Below, in pieces: positions 1 through 10,287 of a stretch of 64,000 nt of DNA (its first letter is position 1; every line of letters begins with the position of its first letter). The notes under the pieces are model-generated. The model had not been told where the DNA came from. It searched no databases and saw only the letters and a program-made list of their open reading frames with translations. The stretch is from Coriobacteriales bacterium. Lineage in GTDB: Bacteria > Actinomycetota > Coriobacteriia > Anaerosomatales > JACRBU01. The translations under genes and the position numbers were made by a program. Location: contig JACRBU010000157.1 in assembly GCA_016213085.1 (NCBI GenBank), positions 1,065 through 65,064 on the forward strand, written 5' to 3'.

Positions 1-603
1 AGTGACGGGACGGTCCCGCTCGGTCTCTTCACCTGGTATCGCGTACTCATTCTCGGAGTGCTTGTCGTGCTCGCGGGGGTGACCCTGCTCTTCCTCCGAG
101 GCCCGGCCGTCTGGCAGAAGCGCTACTACCCGTTGAATCACGAGGCCGCGATCGCGGACTCATCGCAGCGGCACGGAGTGAACCCCTACCTTGTCGCGGC
201 GGTCATCAACGCGGAGTCCGGATTCGTGGTCGGTCAGCGATCGCCCGCCGGCGCCGTCGGTCTGATGCAGGTCCTGCCGTCCACCGCCGATGAGCTCGCC
301 GAACGCGGGGTGGTGGACGCCTCTCGCTTCCCTCCGGACAAGTTGTCAGACCCGTCTGTCAACATCGAGTACGGAACCGCGTACCTTCGGCATCTCATTC
401 GTCGGTACCACGAGGTAGAGACGGCGCTCGCTGCGTACAACGCGGGACTGAGGCATGCCGATGAATGGGCAGAAGAAGGCGGAGACATCCGTGACGCGAT
501 CGAGTTCCCGGAGACGCGCCACTACGTCCTGCGCGTCGCCCGCGGACGCGATCGCTACGAAGCCCTGTATCCCAACGCATTCGAGGGCGTGACGAAGGAT
601 TGA
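1..603 (+). CDS. Membrane-anchored lytic transglycosylase (SLT domain); 5' end probably lies outside the window
   Basis: The frame of ORF 58..603 stays open back to position 1. The translation has the SLT region AESGF...GLMQV...AYNAG. A hydrophobic anchor ([21 protein letters not shown]) begins before the GTG at 58, so the true start is probably upstream. Confidence 0.75.
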   Translation, partial: SDGTVPLGLFTWYRVLILGVLVVLAGVTLLFLRGPAVWQKRYYPLNHEAAIADSSQRHGVNPYLVAAVINAESGFVVGQRSPAGAVGLMQVLPSTADELAERGVVDASRFPPDKLSDPSVNIEYGTAYLRHLIRRYHEVETALAAYNAGLRHADEWAEEGGDIRDAIEFPETRHYVLRVARGRDRYEALYPNAFEGVTKD

Positions 604-2711
604 GCACTGAGAGAAGACTCGCATTGCCGCAGACCAGAGGGGAGTCCCGGGTCCTGCGGGTAGTCTCGCCGTTCGAGCCTGCGGGTGATCAGCCCAGGGC
701 GATCGGCGAGCTGGCCCAAGGGGTCGAGGACGGGCTTCGCCACCAAGTGCTGCTGGGGGTCACCGGCTCCGGCAAGACGTTCACCATGGCCAAGACGATC
801 GAGGCCATCAACCGGCCTACTCTCATCATGGCGCCGAACAAGACGCTGGCGGCTCAGCTCGCCTCCGAGATCCGCGAGTTCATGCCGAACAACGCCGTGG
901 TGTACTTCGTGTCCTACTACGACTACTACCAGCCAGAAGCTTACGTGCCGACGACCGATACGTTCATCGAGAAGGACGCCTCCATCAACGAGGAGGTCGA
1001 GAAGCTCCGCCATGCGGCTACCGCGGCGCTGCTCTCCCGAAGGGACGTCGTGGTCGTAGCAAGCGTCTCGTGCATCTACGGCATCGGATCGCCCGAGGAC
1101 TATGCCGGAATGGCGGTGTTCCTCGAAGTCGGGGGGTCGCAAGACCGCGACGAACTCATCCACGACCTCATCGACATCCAGTACGAGCGCAACGACTACG
1201 AAGTCCAGCGCGGCGCGTTCCGCGTGCGCGGTGACGTCCTCGACGTCTTCCCGCCCTACGCGGACCACCCGGTGCGCGTCGAGCTCTTCGGCGACGAGAT
1301 CGAGTCCATCGCCGAAGTCGACCAGCTCACGGGCGAGATCATGACTGCGTTCCAGTCGATTCCGATCTGGCCGGCCACGCACTACGTGACCGCACCCGAG
1401 AAGCTCCATGTTGCGGTGAACACCATCCGAGACGAGCTCGGTCAGCGACTCAATGAGTTGAAGGCCGAGGGGAAGCTCCTTGAGGCCCAGCGGCTCGAGA
1501 TGCGCACGAACTACGATCTCGAGATGCTCGAAACGCTCGGGTTCTGCTCCGGCATCGAGAACTACTCGCGTCACCTCGATGGTCGCAAGGCGGGAGAACC
1601 GGCAAACACCCTGATCGACTACTTCCCCGACGACTTCCTGTGCATCATCGACGAGAGCCACGTGACGGTCCCTCAGATCCGAGGCATGTACGAGGGGGAC
1701 CGCTCTCGGAAGCTGACCCTCGTCGATCACGGCTTCCGGCTTCCTTCCGCCCTCGACAACCGCCCGCTGCGCTTCGACGAGTTCGACGCGCGCGTCCCGC
1801 AGTTCGTCTACGTCTCCGCGACTCCCGGCGACTACGAGCTCGGGGTCGCGAACAGGACGGTCGAGCAGATCATTCGCCCGACGGGGCTTGTGGACCCGGA
1901 GATCGTCGTCAGGCCGGTGAAGGGCCAGGTCGACGATCTCGTTCACGAGATCAAGACGCGCGCGGAGCGCGACGAACGGACGCTCGTCACGACACTGACC
2001 AAGAAGATGTCCGAGGACCTGACGGACTACCTCACCGAGCAGGGGCTCAAGGTCGCCTACCTGCACAGCGACATCGGGACGCTCGAGCGCATCGAGATCC
2101 TGAGGGAGCTGCGTCTCGGCACCTACGACGCTCTCGTCGGCATCAATTTGCTTCGTGAGGGCCTGGATCTGCCCGAGGTCTCGCTGGTCGCGATCCTCGA
2201 TGCGGACAAGGAGGGCTTCCTTCGCAACCACCGCTCGCTCATCCAGACCATCGGCAGGGCCGCCCGCAACGTGTCTGGAGAGGTGGTTCTCTACGCGGAC
2301 AAGGTGACCGACTCGATGCGGACGGCGATGGACGAAACTAATCGCCGTCGAGCCAGGCAGATCGCATACAACGAGGAGCACGGTATCGAGCCGCAGACGA
2401 TCCGCAAGGCCATCGCGGACATCGTGCAGTACGTCCGGGAAGGGGACACGGACCTGACCACTGCCGCTCAGGCGGCAAGCGAACTCGCCGAGCTTCCGCG
2501 CGATGAGGTCATGCGGCTGATCTCCACGCTGGAAGAGGACATGAACGCAGCTTCCGAGTCGCTGGATTTCGAAACCGCCGCCCGTCTGAGGGACCAGGTC
2601 GTCCGGTTGCGGACCGAGGTCGAGTCCACGAGCGAAGACGACGTCCTCAAGCGCCTGAAAGCCGGGGCTCGACGCGGCTCGAAGTTCGGAGGGGGTCGCA
2701 AGCGCAGGTAG
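600..2711 (+). CDS. uvrB: Excinuclease ABC subunit B
   Basis: 703-aa ORF with Walker A GVTGSGKT, a DESH box (IIDESHVT), helicase C-terminal motifs and a C-terminal UVR domain ([16 protein letters not shown]). The TTG start overlaps the upstream stop. Confidence 0.97.
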   Translation: MSTERRLALPQTRGESRVLRVVSPFEPAGDQPRAIGELAQGVEDGLRHQVLLGVTGSGKTFTMAKTIEAINRPTLIMAPNKTLAAQLASEIREFMPNNAVVYFVSYYDYYQPEAYVPTTDTFIEKDASINEEVEKLRHAATAALLSRRDVVVVASVSCIYGIGSPEDYAGMAVFLEVGGSQDRDELIHDLIDIQYERNDYEVQRGAFRVRGDVLDVFPPYADHPVRVELFGDEIESIAEVDQLTGEIMTAFQSIPIWPATHYVTAPEKLHVAVNTIRDELGQRLNELKAEGKLLEAQRLEMRTNYDLEMLETLGFCSGIENYSRHLDGRKAGEPANTLIDYFPDDFLCIIDESHVTVPQIRGMYEGDRSRKLTLVDHGFRLPSALDNRPLRFDEFDARVPQFVYVSATPGDYELGVANRTVEQIIRPTGLVDPEIVVRPVKGQVDDLVHEIKTRAERDERTLVTTLTKKMSEDLTDYLTEQGLKVAYLHSDIGTLERIEILRELRLGTYDALVGINLLREGLDLPEVSLVAILDADKEGFLRNHRSLIQTIGRAARNVSGEVVLYADKVTDSMRTAMDETNRRRARQIAYNEEHGIEPQTIRKAIADIVQYVREGDTDLTTAAQAASELAELPRDEVMRLISTLEEDMNAASESLDFETAARLRDQVVRLRTEVESTSEDDVLKRLKAGARRGSKFGGGRKRR

Positions 2712-2764
2712 CTCCTTGCGACTCGACCAGCCCTGCGCACTTCGTGTGACGGCTCGTGTGGTAG

Positions 2765-2790
2765 TATGAACATATGAGCAAACGTTCATA
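2765..2790. promoter_or_regulatory. Inverted repeat TATGAAC-N12-GTTCATA, a candidate ArsR/SmtB-type operator overlapping the regulator start codon
   Basis: Seen directly: TATGAAC at 2765-2771 and GTTCATA at 2784-2790. The TGAAC...GTTCA cores resemble published SmtB/CadC/CzrA operators. A TAGTAT -10-like hexamer lies at 2762-2767. Confidence 0.45.
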
Positions 2791-3160
2791 TACAGCTTTC
2801 GCCGAGGGCGAGTGCACTGCCACCGTGGTTGATGCGGCGGCAGTGACCGATGCTCGTTCTGGGATGGCAGACGAAGCAACCACCACGAAAGCGACCGACA
2901 TCTTCTCCGCACTCGCGGACCCGACCCGGCTCCGCATGCTGATGGCTCTCAGCCGATGTGAGCTCTGCGTCTGCGATCTGGCGTCGGTGTGCGGGATCTC
3001 CCAGTCCGGCGTCAGCCACCAGCTGCGGCTGCTTCGCGATCGAGGGTTGGTCGCGTTTCGGCGCGACGGCCAGCGCGCTGTATACCGTCTTGCGGACGAC
3101 CACGTGCGCACGCTGATCGCAGAGGGGCTGGAGCATGCCTCCGAGGAGCGTGTCTCGTGA
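2774..3160 (+). CDS. ArsR/SmtB-family metalloregulator, CadC-like (alpha3 CVC site plus an N-terminal Cys)
   Basis: 128 aa. Contains the winged-HTH sequence FSALADPTRLRMLMAL...ELCVCDLASVCGISQSGVSHQLRLLRDRGLV...RDGQRAVYRL. There is no SD before the ATG, which sits about 7 nt after the TAGTAT, so the mRNA may be leaderless. The stop overlaps the ATPase GTG (GTGA). Confidence 0.9.
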   Translation: MSKRSYTAFAEGECTATVVDAAAVTDARSGMADEATTTKATDIFSALADPTRLRMLMALSRCELCVCDLASVCGISQSGVSHQLRLLRDRGLVAFRRDGQRAVYRLADDHVRTLIAEGLEHASEERVS

Positions 3161-5529
3161 CGGAACGAGCTTCTGCCACGTTCACGCTGCAGGGGCCGAG
3201 GTCGGATCGCGCGCGCTGCATGGCGTGTGCGGAGCGCGTGTGCGAATCGCTCCAGCAGGTCCCCGGGGTCGGGAAGGTCGAATGCAATCCGTCCGCGGGC
3301 GCGGTGGTGGTTGAGTACGACGCCGAGCGGGTCAGCGAGGCCGATCTCATCGCCGAAGTCGAACACTTCGAGATGACGCTCGCTGAGAGCGTCGGGCACG
3401 CGTCGTGGCGCATATCGGGACTCGATTGACCGGACTGTGCTCGCACCGTGAGTGCGACCGTCGAGCGCGTCGGGGGCGTTAAGCACGCGGACCTGAACTT
3501 CGCGAGCGGGACGCTACTGATCGAGTACGACCTCGCCGCAGACCCACGCGCGGCCGTCGTGAAGGCGGTCGAGTCCACCGGTCACGGACTCGTGCCGCTC
3601 GACCAGCCTGCGGAATCGGAGGATATCCCGGCTCGCTCATTCCTCGACCGCTACCGAGCCGAGATCGCCGCGATCGGTGGCGTTTTGTTCGCGGCACTCG
3701 GCGCCGCGCTCGAGCTCGCTGACGCGCCATCGCGTCTCAGTATCCTCGCGTTCGCCATCTCGATCCTCTTCGGCGGGCTACTCGTGTGGCGGCGCGCGCT
3801 GGTGTCGCTGCGCGCCCGTCGGCTGGACATGAACGTGCTCATGTCGGTCGCCGTCTTCGGCGCGGCTGCCATCGGCGAGTGGGGAGAAGCGGCGACCGTC
3901 TTCTTCCTGTTCTCGCTCGGCGGCCTGCTCGAGGCCCGGTCGCTCGAACGGACCCGACGCTCCATCCGCGACCTCATGGACCTGACGCCACCCACGGCCA
4001 GAATCGTTCGGGGTGGTCAGACCATCGAGGTTCAGCTCGACGAGGTCACCATCGGCGAAACCGTGATCGTACGCCCCGGCGAGCGCGTCCCCCTCGATGC
4101 AGTGGTCTCCGAAGGAAGCTCCGCGCTCGACGAGGCACCCATCACCGGGGAGTCCGTTCCAGTCGACAAGCAGGTCGGCGACGCGCTCTTCGCCGGCTCG
4201 CTCAACACGACCGGGCTACTGCGGGCAGTGGTCTCCTCAACGGCCGCTGACTCGACGCTGGCACGGATCGTCTTCATGGTCGAGGAGGCTCAGGCGTCCC
4301 GGGCGCCCTCGCAGCGTCTTGTCGACCGATTCAGCGCCTACTACACGCCGATCGTCGTCGTGCTCGCGGCACTGATCGCCGTCATCCCACCGCTTGTCGG
4401 CATCGCATTCGGTCTCCCGACCGGCGGGTTCGTCGAATGGGTCCAGCGCGCGCTCGTCATGCTCGTTGTCGCGTGTCCGTGCGCCCTGGTTATCTCGACA
4501 CCGGTGTCCATCGTCTCCGCGATCACCCGCGCGAGCCGCGATGGAGTGCTCGTGAAAGGCGGCACCTTCCTGGAGACCGCGGCACGCGTGCGGGCGGTGG
4601 CGTTCGACAAGACGGGGACGCTCACGGTGGGCAAGCCCCGCGTCGCCCAGGTGCTCGCTCTCGACGGAACGACGCCGGAAGCCCTGCTCGGGATCGCGGC
4701 CGTCCTCGAGGCGCACTCGGTTCATCCGATCGCACGGGCAGTGGTAACGGCAGCTGGCGATTCCGTACCGTCCGGTTCCGTCCAGGACTTCACCGACGTT
4801 CCTGGTCACGGGGTCAGAGGCGTCTACGGCGGGACATCGTGGATGCTCGGCAGCCCGGCCGTCGCCGAGGGCGAGGGGTTCCTCACGCCCGAGGCCGCGA
4901 AGGCTGTCGCCTCCCAGGAAGAGAGCGGTAGGACCGCACTCGTGCTTGTGGGCGACGCGGAGGCCCGCGCCGTCATCGGCGTCGCCGATATGATCCGGGA
5001 CGAGGCCCCCGCCGCCGTTGGCAAGCTCGGCCGCCTCGGCGTGGAGCACACCATCATGCTCACGGGTGACAACGAGCGGACCGCCGAAGCGGTCGCGTCG
5101 GCGGTCGGCGTCAACAGCTTCCTAGCGAGGCTCCTTCCCGCAGGCAAGACCGACGCGATCCGCGTGCTCAAGGAGCGGTACGGGGCGGTCGCCATGGTCG
5201 GCGACGGAGTCAATGACGCGCCTGCGCTCGCCGCGTCCGACATCGGGATCGCCATGGGCGCCGCGGGCAGCGATACCGCCCTCGAGACCGCCGATGTGGC
5301 GCTGATGCGTGACGACCTTACGGCGCTGCCCGGGTTCATCGCACTCGGTGGCCGAACGGTGAACATCATCTGGCAGAACGTGATCTTCTCGATAGCGGTG
5401 AAGTTCGTCGTGCTCGCGCTTGCCGTGGTCGGCGTCGCGACGCTCTGGATGGCCGTGTTCGCCGACACAGGGGTCTCCCTGTTGGTCATACTGAACGGGA
5501 TGCGTTTGCTGCGCCGAAAGAACACCTAG
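3157..5529 (+). CDS. P1B-2-type (Zn/Cd/Pb, CadA/ZntA-like) heavy-metal ATPase with two N-terminal HMA domains. One in-frame TGA at 3427-3429 occupies the first Cys position of the second CxxC motif (candidate Sec codon, pseudogene or sequence error).
   Basis: Track ORFs 2989..3429 and 3448..5529 are in the same frame, separated only by the TGA. Reading through gives HMA1 (CMAC) followed by ...WRISGLD-[TGA]-PDCARTVSATVERVGGVKHADLNFASGTLLIEYD, a complete second HMA fold. The core motifs are CPC (VVACPCALV), DKTGTLT, HP (SVHPIA), GDGVNDAPAL and a last-TM ADTG. The GTG at 3157 overlaps the regulator stop. Confidence 0.85.
3441..3457 (+). other. RNA hairpin TCGCAC-CGTGA-GTGCGA starting 11 nt after the in-frame TGA; candidate bacterial SECIS upper stem-loop
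   Basis: Six perfect base pairs (3441-3446 with 3452-3457) and a 5-nt loop, CGUGA, that contains GU. The position and loop content resemble the minimal E. coli fdhF SECIS. The function is untested. Confidence 0.35.
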
Positions 5530-5555
5530 CGGTCTACCCGAGGGGGAGAGGGCCC

Positions 5556-5921
5556 GTGGCCGATATTCCGAAGCCTGGTTCGGATTCGTTCGTCAGGTTC
5601 CTGGCCGCGTGGGCGCTTGTCCACGAGACGGCCGACGAGGGGTGGAAAGGCGCCATCGAGCGAGGTCGCGAGCAGGCTCCTGGCGAGATGGACGCGGGGC
5701 CCGAGGCGTTCGTCGACGGCCTCTCGGCGATGGTCGCGGCCGAGAAGGAGCGCATGAAGTCCGAACTGTCGACCGGCCCCGGAGACATCGCGCCGGGTTC
5801 AGCGGGCGATCTCGGCGGCAAGCTCGACGAGCTGCGTTTCGAAGTGGCCGAGGTGCGCGGCAAGCTCGAATCCATGCAAGCTGCGCTCGACGCTCTGGCC
5901 AAGCGCGACTCCACGAGCTGA
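5556..5921 (+). CDS. Hypothetical acidic coiled-coil protein
   Basis: 121-aa ORF with a heptad-like C-terminus (LDELRFEVAEVRGKLESMQAALDALAKR). I recognise no domain. It sits directly upstream of the ABC1 kinase gene. Confidence 0.45.
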   Translation: MADIPKPGSDSFVRFLAAWALVHETADEGWKGAIERGREQAPGEMDAGPEAFVDGLSAMVAAEKERMKSELSTGPGDIAPGSAGDLGGKLDELRFEVAEVRGKLESMQAALDALAKRDSTS

Positions 5922-5926
5922 CGCGC

Positions 5927-7279
5927 GTGTCACGATCGCGTCACATCGCTGCCACGCTCGCGCGCGCCGGGTGGCGGGGCACGACCGATGCGCGCCTCGG
6001 CCTCGTCGGGGCCTCCGCGTCACGGGCGGCTTTCGCGCGGCGCACACGTGAGGCGTTCGAGGAACTCGGCCCGGCGTTCATCAAGCTCGGCCAGCTGCTG
6101 TCCGTCCGTCCCGACGTGGTGCCGCCGGAGTGGGTCTTCGAGATGGAATCGCTGAGGGACTCCGTGCCTTCAGCGCCACCGGAGGCGATCCGTGCCGTCA
6201 TCGCCGAGGACTTCGGCGCGACCGTCGAGGAGCTCTTCGAGTCCTGGGACGACGCGCCGATCGCGAGTGCCTCGATCGCCCAGGTGCATCGTGCGATCCT
6301 CAGGCGTCGATATCGTCCCGTTGTCGGCGAGGAGCTTGCTGCGGGAGCCGAGCTCGCCGTGAAGGTCGTGCGGCCCGGCGTGGAACGCGGGATCGCGGCG
6401 GACATCGAGGTCGCGAGGAGCTCCGTCACTCGCCTTCCGCGGCTGCCGGGTATGGCTCGGATCGACATGCCGGCGCTGCTCGCGGAGTTCACCTCGACGC
6501 TTCGCTCTGAATGCGACATGCGCAACGAAGCCGCCGTCGCCGACCGCTTTGCGTTCGACTTCCGCGACGACGAACTGATCGTGGTCCCACGTGTCGTCTG
6601 GCCGCTCACGTCGCGTCGCGTCCTGACGATGGAGTTCATCGAGGGATGGCCTCTGAGCGAGATCTCCGATGCGCAGCGCGCGGGGGTCGACGGCTACGCC
6701 CTTGCACTGCACGGCGCGACGACCTTCATGCGGCAGGTGCTCGTAGCCGGACGCTTCCATGCAGATCTCCACCCCGCGAACCTGCTCGTGACTCCCGAGG
6801 GCCGGATCGCCTATCTCGACTTCGGCATCATCGGCACGACGACGCCAGCGCAACGCGACGCCATCGCGCAGATCTTGGTCGCCACCGTCTACGGTGACGC
6901 GGACCGAGCCCTGACCTACTCCGCCGAGCTCGGACTCGTCGTAGGACCGGATCGCCGTGGGCGCGTGCGCGAGCGAGTCGCCGCCCTCATGAGGGACACG
7001 CTTGCCGTCGAACCCCGAGACATCCGCGGGTTCGCCATCGGGTTCCTCGGCATCATGGCCGACGAGAAGGTCGACATCCCGGTCGGGTACGGCCTGCTGA
7101 TCAAGGCGCTCGTCACGGTGGAAGGTGTGGCCCGCGCGCTCTATCCCGAGATCGACATCACGGTCGCGGCCAAGCCGTTCGTCACCGAGTTCGTCGCGGC
7201 GCGGATGCTCAGTCCACAGCGCATGTACGAGAAGCTGCCGGCCGCGATGAACGCCGCGTTGCGAGAGCTCACCCGCTAG
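5927..7279 (+). CDS. ABC1/UbiB-family atypical kinase
   Basis: Motifs FIKLGQLLSVRPD, ASIAQVHRA, VKVVRPG, HADLHPANLLV and DFG. Track ORF 5609..7279 is over-extended and overlaps the previous gene. The GTG at 5927 is the first start after that gene's stop, but the exact start is uncertain. Confidence 0.85.
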   Translation: MSRSRHIAATLARAGWRGTTDARLGLVGASASRAAFARRTREAFEELGPAFIKLGQLLSVRPDVVPPEWVFEMESLRDSVPSAPPEAIRAVIAEDFGATVEELFESWDDAPIASASIAQVHRAILRRRYRPVVGEELAAGAELAVKVVRPGVERGIAADIEVARSSVTRLPRLPGMARIDMPALLAEFTSTLRSECDMRNEAAVADRFAFDFRDDELIVVPRVVWPLTSRRVLTMEFIEGWPLSEISDAQRAGVDGYALALHGATTFMRQVLVAGRFHADLHPANLLVTPEGRIAYLDFGIIGTTTPAQRDAIAQILVATVYGDADRALTYSAELGLVVGPDRRGRVRERVAALMRDTLAVEPRDIRGFAIGFLGIMADEKVDIPVGYGLLIKALVTVEGVARALYPEIDITVAAKPFVTEFVAARMLSPQRMYEKLPAAMNAALRELTR

Positions 7280-8112
7280 GCGTCGGAGGGCCCGGGTCCC
7301 GTTTCGCCGATCTCGGCGGTCTCGGGGTTCAGGGACCCTGAGCGGTAGCCGTCCAAGTCAAGCGAGACCCAGCGAAAACCCGCGCCCCGGGTCAGCTCGC
7401 TGATCGACTCGCGCAACTGAACCGCGCGCTCGACATCTTCGGCGGGCAGCTCGATGCGTGCCACATCGCCGTGCGCACGGATGCGCACCTGCCCGAACCC
7501 CAGCGCGCTCACGCGCTCCTCAGCCTGTCGCACGCGAGCGATAGCGTCATCAGTGATCGGCGTGCCGAAGGGGATGCGCGAAGCGAGGCACGCCATCGAC
7601 GGTTTGTCCCAGTTCGGAAGAGCGAGCAGACGGGCGGCCCGACGGACGTCCGCCTTCGTCATCCGGCATTCCTGCAGGGGAGAGCGCACGCCGGATTCCC
7701 GGGCGGCCCTGTGCCCCGGTCGATGGTCGTCGAGGTCGTCGAAGTTGGCGCCGTCCAGGATGACGTCGAGGTCCTGCGTGTCCGCGAGCCTGCGGAGCTG
7801 CGTGAACAGCTCGCTCTTGCAGTGGTAGCAGCGGTCGGGAGGGTTCGACGCCAGCCGAGCATCGGCGAGCTCGCGCGTCTCGATCTCCTCGTAGCGAAGC
7901 CCCAGTTCGCTCGCGAGGGCGCGGGCTGCCTGCGTCTCCCCGGCGGGCGAGAGGTCGGAGATCGCGTGAACCGCGAGTGCCCTGTCTCCGAGCACCGCAC
8001 GGCTCGCCACCGCGAGAAGCGTGGAATCGACGCCGCCGGAGAAGGCGACGACGACGCCGCGAAGGGGGGAGAGCGTCTCGAGCAGCTCGGCGTACTTCTC
8101 AGTGATATGCAC
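7276..8112 (-). CDS. PP-loop ATP pyrophosphatase, LarE-like sulfur transferase family
   Basis: Contains SGGVDS (VAFSGGVDSTLL) and the conserved Cys region PSMACLASRIPFG. The start was reset to the GTG at 8112, preceded by GAGGA. The track ORF runs to 8352 and is an upstream extension. Confidence 0.8.
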   Translation of the reverse strand: MHITEKYAELLETLSPLRGVVVAFSGGVDSTLLAVASRAVLGDRALAVHAISDLSPAGETQAARALASELGLRYEEIETRELADARLASNPPDRCYHCKSELFTQLRRLADTQDLDVILDGANFDDLDDHRPGHRAARESGVRSPLQECRMTKADVRRAARLLALPNWDKPSMACLASRIPFGTPITDDAIARVRQAEERVSALGFGQVRIRAHGDVARIELPAEDVERAVQLRESISELTRGAGFRWVSLDLDGYRSGSLNPETAEIGETGPGPSDA

Positions 8113-8258
8113 TGATTCCTCGCGAACGTTTGGAGAAACGACGGAAGCAGAGTATATCGTTGAAGTACTGTTCTCGTTTTCCGTCGCGGGAAAGAGAACA
8201 CCTAGGACGCACTGACCGGCACGCGTGACGTCGCACACTGGGAGCGGAAGGACCATCA

Positions 8259-10256
8259 ATGGCTGACAACCCGGAGACGAGCAGCGGTTTCGAGCACCTC
8301 TCTGCCGAAGAGAGCATGATCGCTCCGCCCGCTGGGTTCGCCGAGGCTGCACGGATCAAGTCCCTCGATCGGTATCGGCAAGACTACGAACGCTCGGTGG
8401 GCGATTCCGCCGACTTCTGGCTCGAGCAGGCGCGCGAGAACCTCGAATGGATCGAGCCGCCGAGCGTGGGGCTGCAGGGCGGGTTCGACAAGCTCGACTT
8501 CACGTGGTTCGCCGACGGGAAGCTCAACGTCTCGATCAACTGCCTCGACCGGCATCTGTCCACGTGGCGCCGGAACAAGGCCGCCCTCATCTGGGAGGGC
8601 GATGACGGGTCGAGCCGTACGTTCACCTACCAGCAGCTTCACTACGAGGTCTGCCGGTTCGCGAACGTGCTGCGCAAGAAGGGCATTCGCAAGGGCGACC
8701 GAGTCGCCGTCTACCTGCCGATGATCCCCGAGCTTCCTATCACCATGCTCGCGTGCGCGCGGGTCGGCGCGATCCACTCGGTCGTCTTCGGCGGCTTCTC
8801 GGCGAGCGCGCTGCGGGGACGCATCCAGGACAGCGGGGCCAAGCTCCTCGTCACGGCAGACGAGGGCATTCGCGGTGGCCGCAAGGTGCCGCTGAAGGTG
8901 GCGGCGGACGAGGCGCTCTTCGAGTGCCCGAGCATCGACGCGGTCGTGGTCGTCAAGCGCGGTAAGGGCGACGTGGACATGGAGCCCGGTCGCGACACGT
9001 GGTGGCACCAGGAGATGACGGCGCCGGAGACTCGGGGGTCGGAGGCTTTCGAGCCGATGAACGCCGAGAACCCGCTTTTCATCCTGTACACGTCGGGTTC
9101 GACGGGCAAGCCCAAGGGCGTCGTCCACACCACGGGCGGCTACCTCACCTACACCAACCGGACGTTCGTCGACGTCTTCGACTACCACGACGATGATGTC
9201 TTCTGGTGTACGGCCGACATCGGGTGGATCACCGGTCACAGCTACATCGTGTACGGGCCTCTGTCCGCTGGAGCGACCACGCTCATGTTCGAGGGCGTGC
9301 CGACCTATCCCGACCCTGGGCGTTTCTGGCAGATCGTCGAGAAGTACCGGGTGTCGATCTTCTACACCGCACCCACGGCGATCCGGGCGCTCATGCGTCA
9401 CGGCGAGGGCTGGCCTCAGCGCTACGACCTCAGCAGCCTGAGGCTGCTCGGCACCGTCGGCGAGCCGATCAACCCGGATGTCGGGTTGTGGTACCGACGG
9501 ACCATCGGCGCCGACACGGCCCCGGTCGTCGACACGTACTGGCAGACCGAAACCGGCGGCATCGTCATCACGCCGCTACCCGGGGCGATCCCCACGAAGC
9601 CCGGCTCTGCGACACTCCCGTACTTCGGCATCGAAGCGAGCGTCCTTCGTGAGGACGGCTCCCAAGTCGAGATCAACGAGGGCGGTTACCTGTGCATCGA
9701 CAAGCCGTGGCCGGCGATGTTGCGCGGCGTTTGGGGCGATTCGTCCGACAAGGCGCGACTGCGCGAGGTCTACTTCGAGCGCTTCCCGGGACGCTACTTC
9801 ACCGGTGACGGTGCGCGCATCGACGACGACAACTACTACTGGCTGCTCGGTCGTGTGGACGACGTCATCAACGTGAGCGGCCACCGTCTCGGCACGGCCG
9901 AGATCGAGAGCGTACTCGTCTCCCACGAGGCCGTGAGCGAGGCCGCCGTCGTCGGTTTCCCGCACCCGGTGAAGGGCGAGGGCATCCTTGCGTACGTGGT
10001 TCTCCGCGACGGGCACTATCCGAGCGACGAGCTCGGCAAGATCCTCAAAGGCCACGTTCGCAAGAGCATCGGACCGATCGCCGCCCCCGACGTCGTCCAG
10101 TTCACGCCGGATCTCCCGAAGACCCGCTCGGGGAAGATCATGCGACGCATCCTGCGCAAGGTCGCCGCAGGAGTCACGAACATGGAAGAGTTCGGGGATC
10201 TGTCGACCCTGGCCGACCCGAGCGTGGTCAAGCAGCTGATGTCGTTCGACAAGTAG
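8259..10256 (+). CDS. acs: Acetyl-CoA synthetase (AMP-forming)
   Basis: 665 aa with the AMP-binding signature [19 protein letters not shown] and a C-terminal [11 protein letters not shown] motif. Confidence 0.95.
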   Translation: MADNPETSSGFEHLSAEESMIAPPAGFAEAARIKSLDRYRQDYERSVGDSADFWLEQARENLEWIEPPSVGLQGGFDKLDFTWFADGKLNVSINCLDRHLSTWRRNKAALIWEGDDGSSRTFTYQQLHYEVCRFANVLRKKGIRKGDRVAVYLPMIPELPITMLACARVGAIHSVVFGGFSASALRGRIQDSGAKLLVTADEGIRGGRKVPLKVAADEALFECPSIDAVVVVKRGKGDVDMEPGRDTWWHQEMTAPETRGSEAFEPMNAENPLFILYTSGSTGKPKGVVHTTGGYLTYTNRTFVDVFDYHDDDVFWCTADIGWITGHSYIVYGPLSAGATTLMFEGVPTYPDPGRFWQIVEKYRVSIFYTAPTAIRALMRHGEGWPQRYDLSSLRLLGTVGEPINPDVGLWYRRTIGADTAPVVDTYWQTETGGIVITPLPGAIPTKPGSATLPYFGIEASVLREDGSQVEINEGGYLCIDKPWPAMLRGVWGDSSDKARLREVYFERFPGRYFTGDGARIDDDNYYWLLGRVDDVINVSGHRLGTAEIESVLVSHEAVSEAAVVGFPHPVKGEGILAYVVLRDGHYPSDELGKILKGHVRKSIGPIAAPDVVQFTPDLPKTRSGKIMRRILRKVAAGVTNMEEFGDLSTLADPSVVKQLMSFDK

Positions 10257-10287
10257 GCGCCGCAGGCGGGGCCCGGCGAACAGCCAG

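Noticed and set aside
555-2912. 785-aa ORF antisense to uvrB. Similar long shadow ORFs lie at 8256..9401(-), 13308..15059(+), 20209..22044(-), 23010..24185(-), 32318..33787(-), 35794..37515(-), 49281..50822(-), 56900..58909(-) and 62645..63733(-).
   Set aside because: Each one lies opposite or out of frame to a gene with unmistakable conserved motifs. Their translations are Arg/Ala/Gly/Pro/Asp-rich and low in complexity, with no recognisable domain. This is the expected result of stop-codon scarcity in high-GC DNA.
3448-5529. The ATPase as an independent gene starting at the GTG at 3448, with 2989/3157..3429 as a separate small HMA chaperone.
   Set aside because: A start at 3448 would begin inside alpha1 of an HMA domain, losing beta1 and the whole CxxC loop. 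The sequence between the TGA and 3448 (PDCART) continues the motif in frame, and no SD precedes 3448. A single interrupted or recoded gene explains the data better, although a split pseudogene cannot be excluded.
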